DNA from: an uncultured bacterium
GTDB lineage: Bacteria; Patescibacteriota; Minisyncoccia; Phycocordibacterales; Phycocordibacteraceae
Assembly: GCA_903825105.1 (NCBI GenBank)
Contig: CAIJZI010000007.1
Coordinates: forward strand, 23,178 to 87,177
DNA: 64,000 nucleotides
Reading direction: 5' to 3'
Shown here: in pieces, positions 49,571-59,527 of the stretch
Layout: every line of letters begins with the position of its first letter
Numbering within the stretch: the stretch's first letter is position 1
Notes under the pieces: generated by a model
Databases searched by the model: none
The model's input: the letters and a program-made list of their open reading frames with translations, nothing else
What the model was told of the DNA's origin: nothing
Made by a program: the position numbers and the translations under genes

Positions 49571-51760
49571 TTAGAATTCTTGGAATGCAGGGATGATGTT
49601 TACGGTGACTGATTTTACGGCAGTCGTACCTGAATTAGTACTACAGTCAATAGTAAAGGTAGACTGACTATTTATCGTAGCTGTGTACCCACTACTCTTT
49701 GAGAAGTTGCCATTAAAATCAGCGGCCCCGCTCGCGAGTGTGTTACCAGACGAGTCTTTCACCTGACAAGAGCTCACATTAACTGCCTTCCACGAGATTA
49801 TTGATGTCCCGCCACTTTGAACACGCGCAGGATCTGCACTAATCGAAACACTTGGAGAAATAACCGTAACCGTAGCAAAGGCCGGAGTAGAAGTGGCTCC
49901 TTGTGCATTGGCACAAACCACTTGATAATTCTGCGGGCCGACGGTATTCAACTTACCTGTCGAGACATTCCCTGAAGCCGCGCCGCTCGTAGAAAATCCT
50001 GTGCCAGTACAACGCGTCGCACCAGTAGAACTCCAGCGTAGCGTTGTCGAGTAACCCTGATCAACGGTAGAAGAATCTGCAGAAAGCGTCGCGGTCGGGG
50101 CTGGATTGGTACTACAAGCCGGCGGATTCGTCGCTCCATTGTTACAAGTAATTGGCGGGGCACAAAGCGGGTTTGTTGGGCTCCCTCCACAGCCCGTACA
50201 TCCGGTGCCACCGCACGGCGAACAAGTGCCATTCACATATGCTTGATTATTCGGACACTGCGACACGGTAGTACAAGCACTCCCGTCCCAAGTCAGGCCA
50301 GAAGGACAGACGACAGGGCCAACATCCATAGCGACATTAAGCGGTGTACAGCGAGTAGAGAGCGGGCGAGGATCGACTTGTCCATAAATATCAGCGCAGA
50401 AGGCAATGAGGTTTGTCCCTGTAGGCAGACCTCCTGTCGATCCTGTTGGGCTGTATGCATTAATTCGTATTGTTGTGCCCGAATCTACTGTGCTATTAGC
50501 CGCTATTCCAGTAAAATCAGCCATAGCAGACACACCGGTAGAAGGTACTACCGAGTTTAAATCCCAGCTATTTATCCAAGCGTCGCTCGCAGGATCGCCC
50601 TTTTTTAAGACAGGGGGGTAACTAGTTATACCGTTATTTTTACCAACATCTACGAAATAGGCATTTGTGAACGAAGCCTTGGTTTCTACGCCTGAATTGG
50701 TTATTGGTGTTGATAGTTTAAGAGGCTCTCCTGCCGACGGGGCAGTCTGTGCGTATGTCTCTGGCGAGATAATTGATCGAACGAGGTTCATTCCTTTTTC
50801 AAAGAGCTCCGCATACCACGCGAGATGAGATGGCTTATCGAGAACAGCGACATTTTGAGCACTCATAGAACCAACAATAAGAATGGGATATAAAGGATCG
50901 AATTTAATATCGAATTCGGTTGTTGATCCCGCTAATAGAGTCTGTACCAAAGCCGGGTAAACATCAACTGCTAAAGCGGATGGGCCAAAAATATTTTTTA
51001 TAAATGCGAGAATAGGATCTTGTCTAACACTTCTTTCAGAAGGAACGATCTTTATTGAATTTATTGTATAACCTGAAGGGGCTATAATACTTTGTAAGGG
51101 TATGCTATATGGACCCGCTTGTTGATTCGTATAGGTCGTCGAGGTGCCCGTCCCTTGTAGATCGACCATAGTGGTCGTATTTGGTATTGTAGGACCAATA
51201 ATCTCCCATGTGGAACTGACTGGTGCTCCCGTCGCTGAATCTGTCGAGGTGACGACGACCGTACCCGTTGATGGAGTTGGCGTTTGAGCGCGACTTATAG
51301 TGAATGTCTGACTCGTAGAAGATTCGCCATCAGAAACAGTTATTGTATAGGTGCCATTTGACAGAGACGAAACATCTAGATTGAGAGAAAAATTATTTGA
51401 GAAAGGACTGCAGGAACCGCCTGTATTAAATCCATTGCAGTTCATATATTCATTACAACTTTCTCCTGTGCCATCTGTGTTCGTACTCCCCGACAAACTG
51501 CTCGAACCGGTGATATCCCAATCAACCGACATTATTTCTAATGAAAGTTCAGTATATCCTTGCCGTAAACATTTATTGAAATAGACTCCGCTTGTAGTGC
51601 TGCCAGTCGCTGTAAGTGTTGATTGTGTAGAATCTAGCGCGGGACTACTTAAGGTAATGCTCCCGGGCCTATTTTGAGGCAGGGATATTGCATGCGCCAC
51701 TACCGTCGGGATGAAACAAAAAACTGTGGTCAATACTATGATTCCAAAATATTTTTTCAT
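49571..51760 (-). CDS. Large secreted Ser/Thr/Cys-rich multi-Ig-domain surface protein
   Basis: Signal peptide ending AHA, TL.WSS..A..C repeats, Cys-rich linker. Confidence 0.8.
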   Translation of the reverse strand: MKKYFGIIVLTTVFCFIPTVVAHAISLPQNRPGSITLSSPALDSTQSTLTATGSTTSGVYFNKCLRQGYTELSLEIMSVDWDITGSSSLSGSTNTDGTGESCNEYMNCNGFNTGGSCSPFSNNFSLNLDVSSLSNGTYTITVSDGESSTSQTFTISRAQTPTPSTGTVVVTSTDSATGAPVSSTWEIIGPTIPNTTTMVDLQGTGTSTTYTNQQAGPYSIPLQSIIAPSGYTINSIKIVPSERSVRQDPILAFIKNIFGPSALAVDVYPALVQTLLAGSTTEFDIKFDPLYPILIVGSMSAQNVAVLDKPSHLAWYAELFEKGMNLVRSIISPETYAQTAPSAGEPLKLSTPITNSGVETKASFTNAYFVDVGKNNGITSYPPVLKKGDPASDAWINSWDLNSVVPSTGVSAMADFTGIAANSTVDSGTTIRINAYSPTGSTGGLPTGTNLIAFCADIYGQVDPRPLSTRCTPLNVAMDVGPVVCPSGLTWDGSACTTVSQCPNNQAYVNGTCSPCGGTGCTGCGGSPTNPLCAPPITCNNGATNPPACSTNPAPTATLSADSSTVDQGYSTTLRWSSTGATRCTGTGFSTSGAASGNVSTGKLNTVGPQNYQVVCANAQGATSTPAFATVTVISPSVSISADPARVQSGGTSIISWKAVNVSSCQVKDSSGNTLASGAADFNGNFSKSSGYTATINSQSTFTIDCSTNSGTTAVKSVTVNIIPAFQEF

Positions 51761-51761
51761 A

Positions 51762-52217
51762 TTATTTAACTACGACGGTTATGATTATGTGCGAGCCTTT
51801 ATCTCTTGTACTCACAACCACTTGGAGCTGTTCCGTACCTTTTGTAGCATTTAAGGCATCGAACATCGGGCGTGTCGTGAGCGTGCTGGTAATCGTCCAG
51901 CCATTTTTTGAGAGATAAGACTGGTAGTCGGCGAAGAGCGCTTTAACCGTATTCGAAGAATCGTATTCGGCGGTGTATTGATTCAATGTTGGAGAATAAT
52001 TAATAGCGTAGCTATTATTCACTGCGACGGTCGTGTCGAGAATGAGCTCTTTGGGGAACTGCGGCGTGAGCTGGCCCTTCGGCGCATAGACTGGCTTCCC
52101 TACTTCAGAATTTTTTGGATAAAACTTCCAGACCAAAATTCCTGCAACTGCGATTATTATAATAATTATGACTAGCGCGAGAATAGGCCGCGCGACAGAG
52201 CGTTTATTTTTCTTCAT
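51762..52217 (-). CDS. Hypothetical membrane-anchored protein
   Basis: TM helix, PQFPKEL, Y..YL.KNGW.I. Confidence 0.7.
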   Translation of the reverse strand: MKKNKRSVARPILALVIIIIIIAVAGILVWKFYPKNSEVGKPVYAPKGQLTPQFPKELILDTTVAVNNSYAINYSPTLNQYTAEYDSSNTVKALFADYQSYLSKNGWTITSTLTTRPMFDALNATKGTEQLQVVVSTRDKGSHIIITVVVK

Positions 52218-52310
52218 AGGTTAATGATAGCAGACGCGCGAGCGATAAAGAGTGTATAAAAATCTAAAAGTGGAAATCTGAATTTATGTATTTAGATTTT
52301 TCGAATAGAA

Positions 52311-52338
52311 AACGCCCCTCGATTGCTCGAGGGGCGTT
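52311..52338 (-). terminator. Terminator with GCAA loop
   Basis: aacgcccctcga/tcgaggggcgtt. Confidence 0.8.
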
Positions 52339-52358
52339 GAAAGAACAACAATTAAAAA

Positions 52359-54149
52359 CTAGCCTTTGCCGCCGATGAGCGGAAAACATGCGGTTCCGTC
52401 AGACGGACAGGCCCAGAAGTCCATACTCCCGCCGTCTGCAGGTACTGCCGGTGCAATTGCGGGGAGGAACGGTATCCCCGGTGTTACCACATTGGCGCTG
52501 CTATCAGAGAGCTTCACTTCCGTGAAGTCCCCGCTATCGTTGCCAATTATGATAACTGTCCCTAAAGCGATCGCGCTGACCGGTTTTTCCCCGGGAGGCA
52601 GTGCGATTACCCCATGGTTGCCGTATGCCGCCACTGGTTTCAAATCGTTCTGACTCAAGACATTGGCGATGTTATCGCCATACGAGATGAGCACGAGGAC
52701 TCCCAAAGAGTCGACTGGGAGGATCTCTGTCCCCTTCGGTGCACCGGCTGTTATGCCGGTGACAGACTGCGACAGAACGAGATTGCAGTTGGTGTCCGAT
52801 TTGGTAAGTGTTAGCCCGCTCGCGTCGAAGACATAGCCGAAGGTATTGCCCCCGACAGTCCCGACACCAAGGGACTGGTTGTTTGTCCCGGCGTTGAGTG
52901 TGTATATCGGATTGGTTGAATTCGGCCCCCCAAGCCAAGAGGTACAGTTTACCGTGTTTTTAGTGATGTACAAAAGTTGGCCATTTCCGGCCTTCACCCC
53001 TACCTTTGTACCAGGATCTCCGCCGCCGCCCATACTAGGGGCGTTAAGAGGGCTCGTGCAGGTAGCGGGATCGATTGGGCTAGGCCCATTCGAAAACCAC
53101 CCCGTCGTACTGTCTGCGGCGATCGCCGCGACCGCGGGCCCAAGGAAGCAGTGCACGCCATTGGGCACTCCTGTTACGGGAGAAAATTCGTCAACATAGC
53201 CCGGCCTTGGTACACCATTGAGCATGTTCTGCCCGGGGATCCTTTCCGCCGAATTCAGCCGAAGCTTTATCCCGGATGGGACAACGACAGCTGGGTTCGG
53301 CCCGTAGAGACCAAACTTAACGGTTGCTGAACACCCGGTCAGATCGGCCGTAAGACAAATCTTGCAGTAACGATTGTCAAAGCCCATATGGCTTTGATCA
53401 AAAGCAAATGCTACCGTCACTTGCGTTGACGAATCCAGCGTAACAGCCATTATGTTGGTGTTTGTTGTACAGCTTAATGTCTGCGAGCCAGCAAATCCTG
53501 ACCCACTAAACACTGCATTCACGGACCCCTGGCCAATGAGCCAGAAAGGTCCGTTGATTGCGGTGAGTGTCGGCGTGACAAGAACCGTCACACTGACCGT
53601 AGCCGTCGTGTAGTTGGCGGTATCCGTCGGGGTGAAGGTCACGCTTTCAGAAACCGATGCTCCGGCGGCGGGGATGGTGCTTGGCGCGGCCCAGGCGAAT
53701 GTGCCCGGCACCGAAGCCACGCCGCCCGAGAGCGTTGACGAGGCGAGTGTTTGACCACTCGTGATCGCCGTCGCAGTCGGGGGCGTCGTAATTGTTGGTG
53801 TTGCTTTGTTTACTGTCAGCTGCACACTTCCACTAGCAGTGTTGTAGTTTGCAGTGTCCGCCGCCGAAGGAGTGAATACCACCGAGAGCGTCTGCGTTCC
53901 CGCCGCGAGCACGGTGCCCGAGGCCGGAGTGTAGACGAAGCTTCCGCCGGCGATGCTCGCTGTCGCGTTCAACTGCGTTGAGCTCAGCGCGATGCCATAG
54001 GTTATGGCGGCCGGCGTAGCCCAGGTGATGGTCGGGGTTGTTTTCGAGGGCGGGGTGTACCCGCCACTAGTCCCTTTACCGCCGCACCCGGAAAGGGTGG
54101 CGGCGAGGAGGACGACGAAGCAAAAAGCAAAAAACCGATTCTTTTTCAT
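52359..54149 (-). CDS. Lipoprotein with two tandem MBG/Ig-like repeats, accessory gene
   Basis: Lipobox LSGC; repeats K.TPTIT.....AIT.G..L.S..L....S..G.F...SV.FTP..DTANY; own TTGACA-18-TATATT promoter, SD and terminator. Confidence 0.8.
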   Translation of the reverse strand: MKKNRFFAFCFVVLLAATLSGCGGKGTSGGYTPPSKTTPTITWATPAAITYGIALSSTQLNATASIAGGSFVYTPASGTVLAAGTQTLSVVFTPSAADTANYNTASGSVQLTVNKATPTITTPPTATAITSGQTLASSTLSGGVASVPGTFAWAAPSTIPAAGASVSESVTFTPTDTANYTTATVSVTVLVTPTLTAINGPFWLIGQGSVNAVFSGSGFAGSQTLSCTTNTNIMAVTLDSSTQVTVAFAFDQSHMGFDNRYCKICLTADLTGCSATVKFGLYGPNPAVVVPSGIKLRLNSAERIPGQNMLNGVPRPGYVDEFSPVTGVPNGVHCFLGPAVAAIAADSTTGWFSNGPSPIDPATCTSPLNAPSMGGGGDPGTKVGVKAGNGQLLYITKNTVNCTSWLGGPNSTNPIYTLNAGTNNQSLGVGTVGGNTFGYVFDASGLTLTKSDTNCNLVLSQSVTGITAGAPKGTEILPVDSLGVLVLISYGDNIANVLSQNDLKPVAAYGNHGVIALPPGEKPVSAIALGTVIIIGNDSGDFTEVKLSDSSANVVTPGIPFLPAIAPAVPADGGSMDFWACPSDGTACFPLIGGKG

Positions 54150-54254
54150 TTTAGTACCCTCTCCTGACACGGTGCTTTACTCGCCACCAATGTCAAAGAA
54201 CTGTTGATTCCCGTTTATTAATATACCCCTTAATACCTCTATTTGTCAAGGCTT

Positions 54255-55607
54255 TTATGACCCGCTTAAAATGTCAATTTCATCTTGGAAGTCGGCTGCG
54301 AAGCGCATCACGCTATCGCCGTAGGGCGCGAATGCGGGGTTGGTGTAGTAGCTACCGGCAAAATATTTCAAAGCTGCGTTTCTTTCTGCAGTCGCTGTTT
54401 GTTTCCCTGCTCCAATATCAGTCATATAGAGCGCGATGGCGGTAAAAGCATCGAGATTGTTCCAAGGATTTGCCTGAACGCCAGAATGCCCAGCTAGTTT
54501 TGCTATACGATTCTGATACATCACCCAAGTTGATGGGATAAATTGTGCTGGGCCCATCGCGCCACCATAGCCAGTCGATTGTGGACAAGAAACGGGCATC
54601 GAATACGGGTCGAGCCCGAGCGCACTCGTTATATCCATAAAAGGGTCGACATCGCGCGAAGGCTTCATCACACGACTAAAGGGCGTGCCGGTATTTTTCC
54701 CTTTTCCATTACCTTTACTTGGAGAATTAGTGAGAAGACACTGCCCCACATTCGCGCCGAGATTCGTCTCTTGTTTCAAAATGCCGAGAATGAATGCTGG
54801 GCGAACCCCTGTCGCCGCGCCAGCCTGCTTCGCGAGAAGGATCGCCGAAGGAAGCGAGATTTGCCCCGCGCCACCGGCGAGATTAAATAATTCTGCGCGA
54901 ATCTGCCCTGCTGTTTTCTGATTATTCGCGATGAGTTTCTGGAAATTCGCTTCGATACCTTTTGTATCGGCGAGGAGTTTTTTCTTATCGGCTTCTTGTG
55001 TCTTCACCGACTGTTCTGCGACTTGTGCCACTTGTCGCAGTTGCTCTTGTTCTGCGAGCCTCGTTTGAAGAGCCTCCTTTTCTGCCTCTGTCGAAGAGCT
55101 CGTCGTCTTTATTTGGCTAAAAGAATCTGCGAGCGAGCTCTTTATAGAAGCGAATGCGTCGAGATCACTAAAGAAGTCTGAGACGCCCTGTGAGCCGAGC
55201 GCGACCGACACGGCAGAATAATTATCGATTACTTCTGTCTGGCGCAGTATCTGTGCGAGAGATTCTTTTTCTGCAGAGAGTTGGCTCGAGAGCGATGAGA
55301 GCGTCTTGTTGTGCGTACTAATATCTCCACTTAATTGTGTTATAGCTATAGTAATCGCTTTTATCTGGAGCTCGGCTTTATTAATTTCTGCATTAAAAGC
55401 ATTGATCTGCGTTTGAAGTGTTTGGTGCTGATTTTGTGCCTGATCCAATAAACCTTGTTGAACTGCGATTTGGCTCTCGAGCTGATCGAGCTGGCTTTGG
55501 AGTTGTTGTTGCCGATTCGCTACCGATTGAGAAATATCCTGTGCATACGCCCCGAACGGCATCGCCGCAAAAATGAATAGAGATAAACAAAAAATAAACC
55601 GGCGCAT
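54255..55607 (-). CDS. Secreted coiled-coil protein with C-terminal lytic transglycosylase (MltB/SLT_2-like)
   Basis: Signal peptide, PcsB-like coil, ILKQET, GAMGPAQFIPSTW. Confidence 0.88.
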   Translation of the reverse strand: MRRFIFCLSLFIFAAMPFGAYAQDISQSVANRQQQLQSQLDQLESQIAVQQGLLDQAQNQHQTLQTQINAFNAEINKAELQIKAITIAITQLSGDISTHNKTLSSLSSQLSAEKESLAQILRQTEVIDNYSAVSVALGSQGVSDFFSDLDAFASIKSSLADSFSQIKTTSSSTEAEKEALQTRLAEQEQLRQVAQVAEQSVKTQEADKKKLLADTKGIEANFQKLIANNQKTAGQIRAELFNLAGGAGQISLPSAILLAKQAGAATGVRPAFILGILKQETNLGANVGQCLLTNSPSKGNGKGKNTGTPFSRVMKPSRDVDPFMDITSALGLDPYSMPVSCPQSTGYGGAMGPAQFIPSTWVMYQNRIAKLAGHSGVQANPWNNLDAFTAIALYMTDIGAGKQTATAERNAALKYFAGSYYTNPAFAPYGDSVMRFAADFQDEIDILSGS

Positions 55608-55640
55608 TACCGGTTCATTTTATCACAGCTTTGATTATTT

Positions 55641-56288
55641 TTAATTCGCTTCTGCTTCAGCACCTTCGGCATCCTCCGTTTTACCCTTCTTCTCGACTTC
55701 AATCGCAGACAAGTCTGCTGGAGCAACTTCTTCCACCTTCTCTTCGACTACTTCTTGTACAAGAGCGACGATCTCATCCGGATCTGCGACAAGAGTAACA
55801 CCAGACGGGAGCACGAGATCTGCTGTGCGAATTTTATCGCCAACTTTTTCTAGTACTGAAAGATTCACCTCGATATCGTGCGGGAGATTCATCGGATCAG
55901 CCTCCACCTCGAGTTCGTGAAGCACCTTCACCAAGTTCGCGCCAGATTCGACAGCAGCTGATTCGCCAACGAAATTAAGCGGGATCGCGACTTCGACTTT
56001 TTCACCCTTCGTAACCGCATAGAAATCTGCGTGTTCAGGAATATTTGTCATTGGGTCATACACTACTTCGTGGATGAGGGTCGGGAGCGATGCACCGATT
56101 CCTTCAAGCGAGACAATCGTCGCTTCGCCAGCTTCGTGAAGAATCTTGCTGAATTCTTTTGCAGAAATAACAATCGGCGTCGCTTCGTGGTGCGCACCAT
56201 ACACAACAGCTGGGATAAAGCCGTCACGACGCAGCTGTGCTGCGGTTGCACCATCTTCTGCGCGCTTTTCAACTTTGAGTGTAAGCAT
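55641..56288 (-). CDS. rplY: 50S ribosomal protein L25/Ctc
   Basis: LRRDG.IPAVVYG, HADFY, P.NLPH.IEV. Confidence 0.95.
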   Translation of the reverse strand: MLTLKVEKRAEDGATAAQLRRDGFIPAVVYGAHHEATPIVISAKEFSKILHEAGEATIVSLEGIGASLPTLIHEVVYDPMTNIPEHADFYAVTKGEKVEVAIPLNFVGESAAVESGANLVKVLHELEVEADPMNLPHDIEVNLSVLEKVGDKIRTADLVLPSGVTLVADPDEIVALVQEVVEEKVEEVAPADLSAIEVEKKGKTEDAEGAEAEAN

Positions 56289-56291
56289 ATC

Positions 56292-57335
56292 TCACGAATA
56301 TACTGGAAATGTCGAAATTATGCAATTGTCAGCAAGCACTTTCGCTTTACAAGCAACCGAGACCTTCTCAAGACGCGAGAGGAATGCTTCACGCGCGGCG
56401 GAGACATTTTCTTCTTTTCCTTTCCAAATTGACAATGCCTCATCCTGCAACGCGCGTGCATACGAGAATGAAAGAGGCCACGGTGTGCCGACTTTCTTCG
56501 CCTGCTGAACAATCGCTGCGAGATTTTCTGTCGCCTGATCGGGCGTCTGCCCTCCCGACAAGAAAACAATTCCCGCGATCTGTTTTGGCACCACTTTTAG
56601 CAATGCAGAAATCGTATCTTCTGCCACTTCTTCAGGTGTATCCTTTTTCCCACTTTTTTCTCCCGAGAGCACCATTGATGTTTTTAAAATAACGCTCGCA
56701 CGGTCAACCGCATATTCATTCAGCATAGAGAAAAGTACTTCGAGCGATTCTTCTACCACCGCCTTCGTGCGCGCGCGACCGTGTTTCCCTTCATACAACA
56801 CTTCTGATTCAACAATTGGCACGAGCCCCGCCGCCTGAGACTCCTTCGCATAGCTCGCGAGACGCTTCGCGTTCTCGTGGAGCGCTGTATTCGAAGGCAG
56901 TCTGTCCCCTTCGATAGTCGCGACTGCGCGCCACTTTGTAAACTCTGCGCCCTGCTTTTTATATTCAACGAGTCGCTCGGGCAAATCGAGTAATCCTTGC
57001 GTGATTAACTCACGCGGGCTTTCTGGAAATGGCTCGGTACCGAGATCAACTTTAATCCCCGCTGCGATACCACGAGCGGCAAGAGATTTAGAAAACAGTT
57101 TTTTATCATTCCCTTTTTCAAGCAGCGTCTCGCTAAAAAGAATGATGCCAGAGAGATAGTCTTCGATGCCTTTTGTGCCAATAAACAAGTCGCGATACTG
57201 CCGGCGCATCTCGGCACTCGTCGAGATCCCATGCTCTGCGAGGCGTTCCGTCGCTGTGTGCACACTCTCGTCCGCAGCGAGAATCCCTTTGCCGTCGACA
57301 AAAAGTGAGCGCGCAATCGCGACAAGATCAGTCAT
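56292..57335 (-). CDS. Class I fructose-bisphosphate aldolase (eukaryote-type family)
   Basis: GKGILAADES, GIKVD.G, FTKWR, GLVPIVE.EV, FLSGGQ, SFSYARALQ. Confidence 0.93.
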   Translation of the reverse strand: MTDLVAIARSLFVDGKGILAADESVHTATERLAEHGISTSAEMRRQYRDLFIGTKGIEDYLSGIILFSETLLEKGNDKKLFSKSLAARGIAAGIKVDLGTEPFPESPRELITQGLLDLPERLVEYKKQGAEFTKWRAVATIEGDRLPSNTALHENAKRLASYAKESQAAGLVPIVESEVLYEGKHGRARTKAVVEESLEVLFSMLNEYAVDRASVILKTSMVLSGEKSGKKDTPEEVAEDTISALLKVVPKQIAGIVFLSGGQTPDQATENLAAIVQQAKKVGTPWPLSFSYARALQDEALSIWKGKEENVSAAREAFLSRLEKVSVACKAKVLADNCIISTFPVYS

Positions 57336-57378
57336 CCCTTTATGGTAGCACGGTAGTAGCATGATAGAATGTGGATAT

Positions 57379-58365
57379 ATGGACTTTATTGCAATTGGTG
57401 ACACGGTAGTTGATGAATTTATTCGGCTTGAAAAGGCGGAGGTACAGTGCGATGAAAAAAATGAGAATTGCACAGTGACTCTGCCATGGGGTGATAAGAT
57501 TCCCTACGACTTTTCGGTGATGGTGCCGGGCGTTGGGAACGCGGCGAACGCCGCGGTCGCCGCCGCGCGCCTCGGTTTATCCACTGCATTCGTTTCAAAT
57601 GTTGGCGACGATCATTACGGCGCAGAAACGCTCGCGATGTTTAAAAATGAAGGTGTCGATACAAAATATATTGCAGTGAATGAAGGGGTGCCAACGAATC
57701 ATCACTATGTCCTCTGGTATAACGCCGAGCGTACGATTCTTATCCGCCACGAAGTGTACCCATGCATTATCCCCGAAAATTTTGACGCGCCGAAGTGGCT
57801 CTATCTTTCTTCGATTGGTAAGCACGCCGGTGAAGATTTTTATAATCAGCTCGCCGCATGGCTTGGAGAACACACAGATACAAAACTCGCCTTCCAGCCC
57901 GGTACTTTTCAGATTGATCTCGGCATTGAAAAATTAAAAAATCTCTACGCACACACCGAACTCGTCGCTTGTAATAAAGAAGAGGCAGAAAAGATTCTCG
58001 GCACCGGTCCTATCGAAATAAAAAGTCTCTTAGAAAAAATGCATGCCATTGGTCCAAAAATTGTTTTGATAACTGACGGGCCGCAGGGTGCCTACGCGAG
58101 CGATGGCGAGAAGATGTATAAAGTGCCGATGTATCCTGACCAAAAAACTCCCTATGACCGCACCGGCGCAGGCGACGCGACCACTTCTACTATCGTAGCC
58201 GCACTCGCTCTTGGAAAATCACTCGACGAAGCACTGCTCTGGGGACCAATTAATGCGATGGCTGTTGTACAAGAAATCGGCGCACAAAAAGGGCTTCTTA
58301 AAAGCGAACAATTAGAAAAATATTTATCCGAAGCACCAGAAGATTATCGCGTTGAATTATTTTAA
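57379..58365 (+). CDS. PfkB/ribokinase-family sugar kinase
   Basis: G.AANAAV...RLG, DRTGAGD. Confidence 0.92.
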   Translation: MDFIAIGDTVVDEFIRLEKAEVQCDEKNENCTVTLPWGDKIPYDFSVMVPGVGNAANAAVAAARLGLSTAFVSNVGDDHYGAETLAMFKNEGVDTKYIAVNEGVPTNHHYVLWYNAERTILIRHEVYPCIIPENFDAPKWLYLSSIGKHAGEDFYNQLAAWLGEHTDTKLAFQPGTFQIDLGIEKLKNLYAHTELVACNKEEAEKILGTGPIEIKSLLEKMHAIGPKIVLITDGPQGAYASDGEKMYKVPMYPDQKTPYDRTGAGDATTSTIVAALALGKSLDEALLWGPINAMAVVQEIGAQKGLLKSEQLEKYLSEAPEDYRVELF

Positions 58366-58527
58366 AATGGATTTCTGAAGTTCGTGATAGTGAGAACCTC
58401 CGCTGACGAAGGTAGTTGCGAGTGTGCTGTCATTTGCAACATGAATAATAAGTAGTGCTGCACACGCGCCGGCGATGGTGATAAGCAGCGTGGCGAAGTA
58501 GGCATTTACCGTATGAGTATAGGTCAT
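58357..58527 (-). CDS. Small single-TM protein (56 aa)
   Basis: Manual translation MTYTHTVNAYFATLLITIAGACAALLIIHV...; TAATG overlap with the upstream stop. Confidence 0.55.
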   Translation of the reverse strand: MTYTHTVNAYFATLLITIAGACAALLIIHVANDSTLATTFVSGGSHYHELQKSILK

Positions 58528-59522
58528 TATCTGATTCTATCAGCAAGAAAATCTTTTATTGCATTTTCTATGTGGAGAGCGTCGAGTCCATAATGAGCAA
58601 GTAATTCATCCGGAGTTCCTGATTGCCCAAATTCGTCATTTATACCAAGTCGAAGAACTGGCACCGGATGTGCCGTTGATAAAAATTCTGAGATCGCGCT
58701 CCCGAAACCGCCAGCGATTTGATGTTCTTCAATCGTAACGACGCGACCGGCGAGCACTGCTGCGTCGAGTACCATTTTTTCATCAAGAGGCTTAATGGTG
58801 GGTATATGTAAAACGATAGATTCTACGCCATTTTTTAGCAAATTTTCTGCTACTAAAAGAGCGGTGTGACTGAGCGAGCCGGTTGATAAAATCGCGACTT
58901 TGGGTGCAGGGGATTCCCAAAGCGTGAGCGCCTTCCCAATAGAAAACGGCGTTTCTACTGTGGTGAAAACGGGCGTCGCTGCGCGTCCGAAGCGAATGTA
59001 TACCGGCCCGTTCGTTTTTGCCGCTTCTATAACCGCCTTTCGCGCCTCTTCGCTATCGCCAGGATTAATCACCGTCATATTCGGTAACACACGCATCATA
59101 CTGATATCTTCGAGCATCTGATGCGTCGCACCATCAGGCCCAACAGAGACGCCCGCGTGCATCCCGCAGATCTTCACCGGCATCTGGTTGAGCGCAATCG
59201 TGGTGCGAATTTGTTCATAATTTCTCCCCGGAGAAAACGCCGCATAGCTCGCGATAAAAGGGATTTCCCCTGCTGCTGCCATTCCTGCCGCGACTGTCGC
59301 CATATTTTGTTCAGCGACGCCCATTTCTATAAATCGTTCAGGAAATACTTTTTCAAATTCTTCTGCGCGTGTTGACTCTTTTACATCTGCGCACAAAACA
59401 ACAACGCGCGAGTCATTCTTCCCCGCTTCAACAATGCCTCTGCCAAAGCCGTCGCGCGTCGGTTCTTTTTTATTATTCTCTTCAAAAATATCACTTGCTA
59501 GATTCGCATCCGCAGACACCAT
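58527..59522 (-). CDS. Transketolase, C-terminal subunit
   Basis: MGVAEQNM, GPDGATHQ, TIKPLD, EEH. Confidence 0.95.
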   Translation of the reverse strand: MVSADANLASDIFEENNKKEPTRDGFGRGIVEAGKNDSRVVVLCADVKESTRAEEFEKVFPERFIEMGVAEQNMATVAAGMAAAGEIPFIASYAAFSPGRNYEQIRTTIALNQMPVKICGMHAGVSVGPDGATHQMLEDISMMRVLPNMTVINPGDSEEARKAVIEAAKTNGPVYIRFGRAATPVFTTVETPFSIGKALTLWESPAPKVAILSTGSLSHTALLVAENLLKNGVESIVLHIPTIKPLDEKMVLDAAVLAGRVVTIEEHQIAGGFGSAISEFLSTAHPVPVLRLGINDEFGQSGTPDELLAHYGLDALHIENAIKDFLADRIR

Positions 59523-59527
59523 ATTAC

